From: Tubulanus polymorphus
Lineage: Eukaryota > Animalia > Nemertea
Assembly (NCBI RefSeq): GCF_964204645.1
Contig: NC_134026.1
Span: forward strand, 5,541,950-5,605,949
Length of the DNA: 64,000 nt
Reading direction: 5' to 3'
Shown: one piece after another, positions 12,991-23,416 of the stretch
How the letters are laid out: each line of letters begins with the position of its first letter
Position numbering within the stretch: position 1 is the first letter of the stretch
Notes under the pieces: generated by a model
Databases searched by the model: none
What the model saw: only the letters and a program-made list of their open reading frames with translations
Told to the model about the DNA's origin: nothing
Position numbers and translations under genes: made by a program

Positions 12991-13169
12991 TTCAGATATT
13001 CACAATGGCATCCTCGCTTGCCAGGGGTCCGGTATCGCCCCGAACTCGCTTCCACCAGCAATATGATCAGGAAACAGCTTTAGCGTAGTGGGTTCCAATC
13101 CCTTGATAGGTGATGTCAATGTCTGAATATGAGGTAGTGGTAGTCCATTTATTAATTTTCAATTAATAA

Positions 13170-13265
13170 GGGATAATTCATTTATTACGTACGCATGAAA
13201 TTTGACTACAGTATGCAATTGCACTTACCCCTCCCCTAATGCGTACGTAATAAATGAATGATCCC
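13170..13265. mobile_element. PIF/Harbinger-type MITE (96 bp)
   Basis: 27-bp TIRs GGGATAATTCATTTATTACGTACGCAT / ATGCGTACGTAATAAATGAATGATCCC (1 mismatch), GGG..CCC termini and a TAA target-site duplication on both sides. Confidence 0.85.
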
Positions 13266-15130
13266 TAACCGAAATGGGGTCCAAACTACGCAGCTAAATG
13301 GAGCCGTGATGATAGAAATCTTGAAGAATGGAGGCCAATTGATACTTGTATAAGACCATCTCGTGTATTAATCACTCAAGCTTCCTATACATCATAGCAA
13401 GCCTCCACTGACCAGTTAAACTCTGCACAGAAAGTCATAACTCATTAAGCTTAAGCACCTCAATTCGATAAGTAAAATAATACTAAACAGACTGTAAAAC
13501 AGTAGTAGAGAAACAAATGATTTTAAATAATATGTCAAGATCTATTTTATTTACATACAAAACAATCAAACCCTTACATTTATGTAGCACATATCGATTG
13601 GTATTACAGATATGTAATTGGATCTTTTATGAACATAAAAAGTGGAAGTTCAATAACCCACATCAGAAATCACCCCGAAAAAATGGAATGACAAAACTGC
13701 ATAAACTGAAGGAAAGTAAAATAAGACTGCCATATTGTGTATTGAATAGTGTACAACAAAATCATATCCAGAGTTGACAGTTCAAATCAAAAAGTTATTC
13801 ATGTGACATGATACATCTATGCTTGGAATAATGACAGCGTTTATGCTATATAAGATCTACACATCATAATCCTCATTTCAGGTCCCCCAGAAACATATAT
13901 GCGCAAAAAAACACAAACATCAAGTGTTGACAAAGTACACGCGTTGTTTACAAATTAGTGATTGGACGCAAGGCTTTCTCTCATTCATTCTCTCATTAAC
14001 CAAAATCAAGAAGAAATTAATATGAAGTATAATATTCATTCTCCGATGTACACCGAGATTCCAAACTGATTTAGCTGAGTTCATATAGTTAACATAAGGT
14101 TCTTTCTGATCCATGTCCGAGCCGGCCTGAGAAGAATGCAGGTTTTTGGCTTGGGATTTTAAATGATTTGGTTTCGTCACAAGCCACTTATCATTAGTTT
14201 GTGTGATTGTTACACTGTAGCTAACGTTCAGTTAAGCGAGTTGAAAGAAATCACTAATCTTTCAGATGATAATAATAAGTACCAGGTAATTAATTCAGCT
14301 TCAATTTGAATCACTCTAAAAACTATCAAACACTTTAAAACTAAATCTTTATCAACTATTTAACAAAGACGAATTTGACATCAAAAAGTAGGGGTCAAGT
14401 AGGTTAACTGAAAATAAGAGTATTTGAATTTTCACTTTCTATTTTCGAATAACAGCAGATGGGTCTCCAAATCCAAGCTGTATATAGAAGGAGCTTTGTA
14501 TCGGATGAATTTGTCATAGAAAAAAAAAGCCAAATATCATCATTACAAAATGATTAATACTTAATATTAATAAGAACCAACTGCCAAATCCACTAGTACG
14601 TCGTATTGTTGAATCCCTGATGATCGAGAACTTTTTCGTAAAATTCAAATAATCAACAACAGACAGAAAAATTTCATGAAACTTAACGCAGAAACAATAT
14701 CTAAACCTATTCACTTAATATTTTTTTCTCTTATAGCCATGTGTGTATGGATTGAAGTACCGTGTAAAAGATTCGATGAGATTTGTCGAAGGCACCATCA
14801 TGTGTTTGGAGAGGGCCAAACACGAAATATTGAAGCATTTGAACAGCTCATGCCATATCATATTTAATTAAATTTTAGCAGCGAAAAGCAGAAAATACTC
14901 GAGCAGCTACTTAGATAAATTTCAGTCAATAAAAGAGAAAATTACTCTAAAATACAAAATATTGATTATCTATTATAATAGATTGTAAAATTATTTGCAT
15001 GCTCATTCGACAAAAACTTATGAGGAATAATAATAATATTGATAATTAATTTTTCACCTATAATTAGGAGATTTCATATCAGGCAGCGAGAATAATGATA
15101 AAAACTCGTCGAATAGGTTTTCGTAAAGTC

Positions 15131-15166
15131 GAATGCTGTAAGTAAACGACTTTACTTACAGCATTC
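15131..15166. repeat. Perfect 16-bp inverted repeat (hairpin) downstream of the MED26 stop, probably in the 3' UTR
   Basis: GAATGCTGTAAGTAAA-CGAC-TTTACTTACAGCATTC. Confidence 0.9.
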
Positions 15167-16665
15167 TTTCTGAGAAATATACACAAGGACAGTACTTAAG
15201 AAAACGTGTGAGGAAACATTTATTCACCGAGTACTACACAAACCTGTCACATGTGTATTTCTAACTCGGAGCAAAATTTTCCAATCATAGCAAAAAACAG
15301 AACCTCAAAGAACTATACATATATATGCAAAATATTAATAATCTCTGTGTGAAGTGCAGGTCATCCGTTCATTACATATCGGGCAAACTGTTCATTTGCC
15401 CATACTTCAAGCATTCCTGCATGTTACAAATAGACAATCCTTCTTAGTGAATTTAGCTTCATCAAAGGCCCGAGACTTCACTAGGCCAGTCAGATATAAA
15501 TCGAAATTGTGCACTACCACAGTATCATCTATTCACTTCATATCCTTAAACCTTTGTACAAATGCGCATCGCTAATACACTATTTCAGACTGACCTCTCT
15601 TTCAGGCCTTACACAATATGATACATCTACGATGTCAATTACACGCGCACACGCATACACACATAGCCATGCGATTATTAAGACTATTTAATTGATATTC
15701 ATTTTGTCATTCAGCTTTTTCAAAATGCCCTTTTAACCTATTCTGTGTACTAAAATAATGATTCTTTCTTGAATACCAGACTGTATTGTATATGCTTGTA
15801 GATGTACAATAAAGGTGTGAGAGTTGGAGCATTTTACCGAAGATGGCGACACTGTTGTATCGTGTTCATTTATCTGGTATTAGAGGTGGGTTAGACTTGT
15901 CTCGTATTCAAGAGCTACACCGCAAGATGCATTGCATCATACTTCCATGATTGCTTAACACAAAACTACCAGCGTCAAAAGATAGCGTTTAGTAACCTAG
16001 TCTTTTTGGACCATGGATAGATTATCTATTAATTCTTACATTCACGACAAAGGTCGACACCAATATCATTCACTAACAATGAAATACAGTTAATACAATA
16101 TCCTGGGGATACACAGGAAATACAATAAGACCCTCAGTCTTAGACGCAAACTCACGCTCTTAAATCGAGGCTACTTAAAACCTGATATTTATGATTTCGT
16201 GCCTATAAACTATGATACAAGTGTTACTTCGTAACGATACAACCGCATTAACAAACGCAATGTACATATAAACTAACATCCACACCCACAAACAAACATT
16301 CCCAATGTTTCCAATTAAATCTATATTCAATGCTTGGCACGATTAACACTGGTCGACAGCGCGACGAAAACTCACCGCCATCATCGTTTCAATCAATCAT
16401 TCGTTATTAAAGCCTAATCATTTCACGTTCGCTCGATTCAAGCATTTACCTCGAGAAGCAGTAACAAAATCATCATCAAACAGATTTCTATTTACACACG
16501 CACACCCACCCAGGACAGCATACAGGCCGTACTCCTCCCTACCCGTGTGATCGAGAGAGGGGGTAGAGACAGTACGAGCCTCGTTATTTTAACCTAACTG
16601 ATGAGAACACGAACTTCGGAACCCGCAACACGGGGAGAGACACACACGCAAGATTTCAATCGAGT

Positions 16666-19600
16666 CTAATCATCTATTATCACATAGGGCAGAATTGGTA
16701 AAATGTCGTCATTGAACGTATTCCGAGAGAGCGTTTCGTGCCAGCTGTGCCAGTCGCCGGCGCTGTCGTAACAACCATTTATACCCGGTAACTTATCCTC
16801 GTGCATCTTACTGACGTCGTCGTCGGTGCCGCTGTAACGCGGCGGTTCGGCGGCGTCGCAAGCCGACGGATTGTCGTCCTCGTCCCAGTTTATGTCGTAA
16901 TTCACCGGCGGTAACAACGAATACGGATCCACCTCGTCTCGCTTGACAGACAGCGGCGCCGTCGTCACAGGCGCGACCGAGTTTTCGTGCGAGTCGACGC
17001 TTTGCGCGTCGGCGTTTTTGGCGTAGTTGAAATCGCTGCTACTCTTACTGTCAGCAGACTGATTGTTCGGAAAGAAATCGAGTTGACTTTGAGAATCGGC
17101 GTCAAATGCAGAAGAATCACAGATTGTCGTCTCCGGTTTAAACAATGGCAAAGGACTAGGTAAATTCGGATCACTATTTTGATTGGGCGCGAACGACGTT
17201 TGCAGGAACTTCTCGACGAGTTCGGTTTTCGTTTGTCGCAGCGTGATGTGCGTAGCGTCGGGCGGCGCTAGGTCGCAGAATGACTGGCGTTTACGATGCG
17301 GACGCGGCTTCGCGCCGGCCGGCACGATCGACGGATTCAGCTCGTCCAACTCTTTCTCGATTTGATTGGTCGCTATACGAGTGACGGTCGCTGCCGAGAC
17401 GTTCGAACTGGAACTCTTCGCCTGAAGTTCGGCGATCAACTGCGCCGTAGTCTTTACTTTCGGCGTGCGAGTCGGCAAACTGCCAGCCATCGACGCTGCC
17501 GCCGTTTTGGAAACGTCAGAATCTGGTGGACGAATCGGCGTGACGGGAGTGCTCGTTAACGCGCGCGATTTTTTCCCGCCCGTCGGAAATTTCGGAGTCG
17601 AAGTCTTATTAAGTGATGACAATGCCGGTGAACTGTACGAGTGAACTAATCGTCCCTCGAGCGTTTTACTGTGTAGTTCGGTCGTGATCGCGCCGTTCGG
17701 AATTTCTTTCGCTTTATCGAACAACGAATCGAGTTCGTTCTCGTTTTTCGAACGTTTCTCGGGGAGGATTTCGACGGCGCCCGACTCGTCTTTCCTGCGA
17801 CGTTTATTCGCAGCATTTGTGACACTTAGATTTTGTGTGTCGCCATTTCCCTGACAGTTCAGTTTACTCAGGGCCGGCGACTGCGGTTTTTCTATCACAT
17901 TCTTCAAACGGGAAGATACGTCGCTACTTGGTACGACGGCAGGACTCAGCGGCGGTTTCGATTTCAAATTCGCTTTATTAAACAACGATTTATTGCCTAC
18001 GGAACCGGCAAACGTCGGCCCATTCGCAGGATTTAATACCGGTGATATACTAGACTTGCTACTAGGCGTCGCTGGTCCACTACCGGGAGTAACCGGTTTA
18101 CCACTTACCGCCGGCGTAACCGGTCTACTCGCGGGAGTAACCGATTTACTACTAACGGCAGGGGTTATCGGCCTACTCGCCGGAGTAAGCGGTCGACCCG
18201 TTGATAACGCGGGGCTAACAGTGTTTATTTTCACGGTACGTGGAGAATCAACGGCAGGTTTATTTTGAGACAATCTTTCTCCGTTAACGTGGCTCGGTTC
18301 CGGACCGGACGTGATCAGCTTTTGCCAGTTGCGGACCAACTTTTTCGCTCGTTTAGCGAGTTCGTCATTGCTTGTTTTCTTACGTAATTCATTGACATAT
18401 TTCCCCAGTCGAGTTGTCTACAAAATAACGAATCACATACGTAAACCGGAAGAGTTTACATTTACGGTACCAGGCCACTGGCAATCACAGATACCCAGGA
18501 TACATTTCCGCAGCTGACAGTTTAAAAGAGTTGAAATGGGTTCATTTCGATTTCCAATAGACTAAATTATTTAGAATGATCTAAATTTGGGGGTAAAATA
18601 CAGGCCCTGAAATAAACCTCTAAATTCAACAATGCGTGTGCGAATGAATACACACTCTTGATTTGGCCTGTTACAGGTACGGGCCAATTAAACGTGGTCT
18701 AACTAATGGTAGTGTGAACACTGCTTGGTATGTTTTAACACAAAGAGAAATATGGGCTGGATCCTGATACGTACCTCAAGAGCTTCTTTCGTAATAGGGT
18801 ACTTTTCCAGCAATGAAACGACTTCCAACACTGCAACCATGTCCACAACCTAGAAATTTTACAACAATTCGTAGTAGAATGAAAGATTTAGCGGGCGCCT
18901 ACAAGTATGAGTTAATAATTATAGGCACAAATCGAAAATAACCAATTGTGAAACTAACACACAATCTAGTAGTTTTAAATAATTTACAAGATAAATCGTG
19001 ACAAAATTTGACAACAGTAAAATGTAAATATTTTCAAGTCTGCAAAATATTGGCACAATAATTTCAAAATCTTAACAAACCATCCAAAATAATGGCCAAG
19101 GCTTCTTGATTGTTCAAGGTTAATAAAAAAGCAGTAGAAATAAGATACTTTTCTATTGCTTCCTGATCATATTCTAAATTCTTAACATCATGTACCAAAC
19201 TGAATAAGACTATAGTTTATTACAATCCTTCATAAACCTAGTGAATGAATATCTAGATCTAGTCTATTTTTGATTATCAAGCAAGTCAGGAAATTAGTGT
19301 AAAATAATTACAGGTTTGGTCATATGATTGGATAATCATTAGCTAGTAACTACAATGAATAAGAATGTTTAACCCATTTAACAAAAAATTATCTCATGTG
19401 GACCTAATGTACCGGTACATCCTTCTTGGTTTTACCTAAAACTAAAAAATTAATATCATCAAGTTCATAAATAAATATCGACAAATGAAGATTTGTCAAA
19501 AGAATAGCTGGACATTAAAGTTCAGATGATTTTAAATTATTAACTATGTTGGTACTATGAAAAATTTACATCACTCTCATAGTCTGTGCTATTATTGCAA

Positions 19601-20191
19601 TTTTCATCATTCATCCATATTATTTAAAGATATTCTACCTCTCTCATGACCTAAAACCCTTTAATCTAAAATAATAAATAAAAAATATGAACATCAACAA
19701 AAACAGTTGCAAAAAGGGGTCAATTTAAGCTAAACGTGAATTTCAATTTAATATCAGCTGATTTTCGAGCTCTCAATGAAATGGCCTCACTACGTCGCGC
19801 TGCTCGATTCTGCGCACTGTGTACCGCTGCACTCTTTTGCACGGCGACTACCGACGCGATAAGAGCAAATTACACCAGTTTACCGAGCCGAAAAACTACC
19901 CTTCAAAATGCTAGGTACGTGAATTTTCGATCAGAAATCGTAGCCAGGCACATTAATCTGAACACTCGACGCGTTTTCGGCGACGATCCGCGCCGGCAAA
20001 GGCCCGAAATTCGACGGCGAACGGGAGCGCGCCGTGGACGCTGTCGAACGAAACCGCGCTCGGTGAACACATCGTTTCAATAAGCGAAATACGGCCATAA
20101 ACGCGGGTGTCAGCCACCCCAGGCTTACATTATTATCTTTATCTAAGGCGTTCAGAAGTCTGTCTTTAATCTCGGGTGGAGAAAACTGCAT
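16666..20191 (-). CDS. MED26: Mediator subunit 26, ~629 aa, 3 coding exons
   Basis: Exons 20191-20129, 18849-18775 and 18417-16666 join in phase 0. They give the TFIIS-N-like domain MQFSPPEIKDRLLNALDKDNN|VVDMVAVLEVVSLLEKYPITKEALE|TTRLGKYVNELRKKTSNDELAKRAKKLVRNWQKL and the Med26 C-terminus GINGCYDSAGDWHSWHETL...ILPILPYVIIDD. Confidence 0.95.
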
Positions 20192-20297
20192 CTAGGCCGC
20201 AAAAAAGCTTGCAAACGATGGAGTTTTGCGAGCCGAATTGGCGAGGCTCAGTCTCCAATGGCGGACATCGGTGCTCTGAGCAGTGCGATCGGCGCGC

Positions 20298-20373
20298 TGT
20301 ATTCTGGGTAAAACCAATCAACTCGCGTGTTGTATTCTGGGTAGAAAACCAATTAACTGTTGCATTCTGGGTA
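20298..20373. promoter_or_regulatory. MED26/RBM17 bidirectional promoter: three Staf/ZNF143-like motifs alternating with two CCAAT boxes
   Basis: TGYATTCTGGGTA (reverse complement TACCCAGAATRCA) ending at 20310, 20343 and 20373; CCAAT at 20314 and 20349; located between the divergent start codons. Confidence 0.65.
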
Positions 20374-20986
20374 GATCGGTGATCATTGCCCACGACGGGT
20401 CTCTCGGGCAATTTAGATTCTCCACCCACTGTGTAGATGTGTTGAATCCAGATGGGAAGTTTCTAAAATCAGGTATATTTTCCTGTGTCCACCAATATCA
20501 CAACAGTCAACAGCAGCACTGAAGAAGTCCAAATGAAATTCAACGTTAATCAAATTTATAAATTAAGGCCAAAAGTTAAACCATCTCTTCTTCTTGTTTC
20601 TCAAACGAATACAATCGAACTCAACTTATCAGTTTATTTCTATAACTGCTGGTTCTGTCATTGTCATTGTATGCTTGATCATTAAAAAAAATGTAATATC
20701 CGTAGATAGCTGACTGGGTCAGCAGAAACGAGATATCAATTTTAATTTAGCCTTACATTTCATCGTGACATTGTTGCAAATATCAACAAAGATGATGATA
20801 ATTGCCAGTCATTTTGTAAAAGTTGATCTTACTTGTTGTAATCTGTGAATATGGATACTATCATAATTATATATATATATATATTATTATAATCATTGTA
20901 ATTCTATTATCTATTCGCTTTCATTTTTTAGGGTAGATCAACTGAACGGAAACTTTTCAAGAATCTTCTGAATTAAATAATCGATC

Positions 20987-22318
20987 ATGTCGTTGTACGA
21001 CGATTTGGACAATTCTCCGATCTCTAAAGACAGTAAATCCGATGTTTCCGGCTGGTCATCCGGATTTAAACTCCTGCAATCGCAGCTACAGGCGAAAAAA
21101 GCGTCGCTGTTACAAACTAAAAGGCAGCGGCAAAATACGTTGGCGCCTGTTGTCGATTTAAAACGAAATTCCAGCGACGAATTGCATTTCAACCAGTTAA
21201 CCGGTAAATTAGAGCGTGTATCCGAGTCGGCCGTATCGCCGAGTATAGCGCCACCTTTTATCTCGATCGAACCGCATTCGCGATTCGCCGGCGTCGACGA
21301 CGAGTACAATCCGTCGTATCCGAACGAATACGACGAATTCGTGAAAAAACGTCGCGAGCAACGACAGCGAGAACGCGACAACGATCGTCGGAACCGCGGC
21401 GCCGATCGCGGCGGCGACGACGATCGCGATCGTTCGGGCGGCCGGCGACAGAGCGGCGGTCACGGCGGTCGAAATAACACGAACAATCGCAACTCGCAGT
21501 CGCAGCGGCGCGGTCGCGACAACAACAGACGCAGAGACGACGACGACAACGAGAGCGAATTCGAAAAACGTCGTCGAATGAGGGAAGACGACGACGCCGA
21601 TTACGAGAAACCGAGGCGACCGGTCGGCGGTGGCGCCGCCATCGCGCCGCCGAAATCGTTAATGGAAGACGACGACGACGACGTTGGTAGCGATTCGGGA
21701 AATGACATGAACGCCGTTCCGCCGCCATATTCCGACGAGAAGAAACCGCCGGCGGGAATGAGTATGGGTCTGGCCGGTTCTGTAGCGTCAAAAATCATGG
21801 CCAAGTACGGATACAAAGAAGGGCAGGGCCTCGGTAAGAAAGAGCAGGGTATGAGCACGGCGTTGATGGTCGAGAAAACGAGTAAACGCGGCGGTAAAAT
21901 CATCCACGAAAAAGACATCGCGAAATACACGTTCGAAGATCCGTTTAAGATTCCGACGATGGATCCAACGGCCGCGATGCCGCGCGCGTCCGTTGCCACT
22001 ACGGACTTGTTGCGTAATCCGTCGAAGGTGATCTTGCTGCGAAATATGGTCGGGCCCGGCGAGGTCGACGACGACTTGGAACCGGAAACGGCCGACGAAT
22101 GCACGAAATACGGTAAAGTGATTAAGTGCGTGATATTCGAAATGCCGGACGTCGAAGAGGACGAAGCCGTGAGAATATTCGTCGAGTTCGAACGGCAGGA
22201 ATCGGCGATTAAAGCCGTCGTCGATTTAAACGGACGATATTTCGGCGGACGAATCGTTAAAGCCGGATTCTTTAATATCGATAAATTCAGACGTTTGGAT
22301 CTTGGAGGAGATCTGTAA
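20987..22318 (+). CDS. RBM17: Splicing factor 45 (G-patch + UHM/RRM), 443 aa, uninterrupted CDS
   Basis: N-terminus MSLYDDL...WSSGFKLLQSQLQAKKA, SPF45 motif DEYNPSYPNEYDEF, G-patch SVASKIMAKYGYKEGQGLGKKEQGMSTALMVEKTSKRGGKI and UHM VILLRNMVGPGEVDDDLE...DLNGRYFGGRIV. There is a probable 5' UTR intron (donor ~20473, acceptor ~20931). Confidence 0.97.
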   Translation: MSLYDDLDNSPISKDSKSDVSGWSSGFKLLQSQLQAKKASLLQTKRQRQNTLAPVVDLKRNSSDELHFNQLTGKLERVSESAVSPSIAPPFISIEPHSRFAGVDDEYNPSYPNEYDEFVKKRREQRQRERDNDRRNRGADRGGDDDRDRSGGRRQSGGHGGRNNTNNRNSQSQRRGRDNNRRRDDDDNESEFEKRRRMREDDDADYEKPRRPVGGGAAIAPPKSLMEDDDDDVGSDSGNDMNAVPPPYSDEKKPPAGMSMGLAGSVASKIMAKYGYKEGQGLGKKEQGMSTALMVEKTSKRGGKIIHEKDIAKYTFEDPFKIPTMDPTAAMPRASVATTDLLRNPSKVILLRNMVGPGEVDDDLEPETADECTKYGKVIKCVIFEMPDVEEDEAVRIFVEFERQESAIKAVVDLNGRYFGGRIVKAGFFNIDKFRRLDLGGDL

Positions 22319-22350
22319 AAACTGCTCAGTGAATGTATTAATATGTATTA

Positions 22351-22527
22351 CAGTAGAACTCACTCAATTCGGACGGCGAGGAACTGGCCAGATTTCTTCG
22401 AATTAAGTTAAATCCGAATTATTAATAAGAGTTTACGTGGTTCCAGGTTAAATGGACCAAATATTTCATCTAAATTTAATGAAAATCACGATTGAAAAAT
22501 CTGAATTAAGCGATTTCTAAATTGTGA
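22351..22527. mobile_element. Tc1/mariner-like MITE family D in the RBM17 3' UTR; copies at 27762-27932 and a more distant one at ~55795-55951
   Basis: TA-CAGTAGAACTCAC...TCCRAATTA...GTTCCAGGTTARATGGAC is shared with the 27762 copy, which ends in GAGTTTTACTG-TA (CAGT/ACTG-type ends, TA flanks). Confidence 0.6.
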
Positions 22528-23416
22528 TACAGTTTATATTCCTAATTAGTACAAATAATGTTTAACATATTGTATATTTTGTAAAAAAAAATGTTCAAAA
22601 GTAGTTTGAAATAAAAAGACACTTGTTCATTTTTAAGTGAAACTTTTTGTTTTTCGTGAATCATTCTTTTAGGTCATCAATCTCCATTTGCAGGAATGAC
22701 GAATTTATGAACAGGTTTTATTCGAAACGTCCTCATCTGTATAAGGGAACCAGTGTTAATTGTTATCACAAGACTTAATGTGAATTTATGGAAGATAAAT
22801 GATTTTGAGAGTTATGCAGTGTGGCAGATTTATTTTTGCTTTTGCAGACGGTTAAGATGCAAAGACAATATCGGTCGTAACGTAACAAAAAAAGTATTGT
22901 TTGATCTGAGACATTCGGGATTCGAACCTGCTGCTTGAATCATTATCAATGAACATAAGCCAAATAACGCTTCAATAGAAAATGTCATAAAAATGTCAAA
23001 ATTAGCGTTCTTTATGTCTCCATTAGGCTGTTTATCCTAATAGCAACAAAAATCAGATTATCCAAAAGCAAGGAGAATCATAAAATTGTAAGAATACGTT
23101 TGTCTCCCGCTTCATAATGAACCAGAATTTCTGAGAACGACGTTTATGTGTTAAAAGTTTTCATTCAAGTCCAATTTAAATTTTGTAACGAGAATATATT
23201 GACCAAATCGAAAAACGATATTCAATCATCGTGTAGACGTAGTAGACCACTGTAAAATTACTGTGGCACTTAATAAAAAGGAAACAAATAAAAAGAACTG
23301 TTCGGTAGAGTTTTGTTGATACTGGATTCAACTGGTTTTGCCTTCGATATGTACATACTACAACAATCTGTCAATGCTTAGAAATATCTTTTTTTGCAGA
23401 GAGCTGGTCGTAACAA

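Noticed and set aside
13081-13102. Adjacent A-box-like and B-box-like motifs (TAGCGTAGTGG, GGTTCCAATCC)
   Set aside because: The spacing is far too short for a tRNA or SINE head.
16597-16622. CTGATGAG...GGAA hammerhead-like string; also CTGATGAG at ~8868
   Set aside because: No GAAA core and no supporting stems.
19736-20083. 115-aa plus-strand ORF in MED26 intron 1
   Set aside because: It lies in promoter-proximal CpG-rich DNA, starts at GTG and has no recognisable protein features.
20938-22104. Long antisense ORFs over RBM17 (likewise over the large exons of STIL, MED26 and HECTD4)
   Set aside because: These are shadow ORFs expected from stop-poor, GC/CpG-rich coding sequence.
22915-22932. 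tRNA B-box GGTTCGAATCC on the minus strand
   Set aside because: No cloverleaf or A-box can be built; at most a SINE relic.
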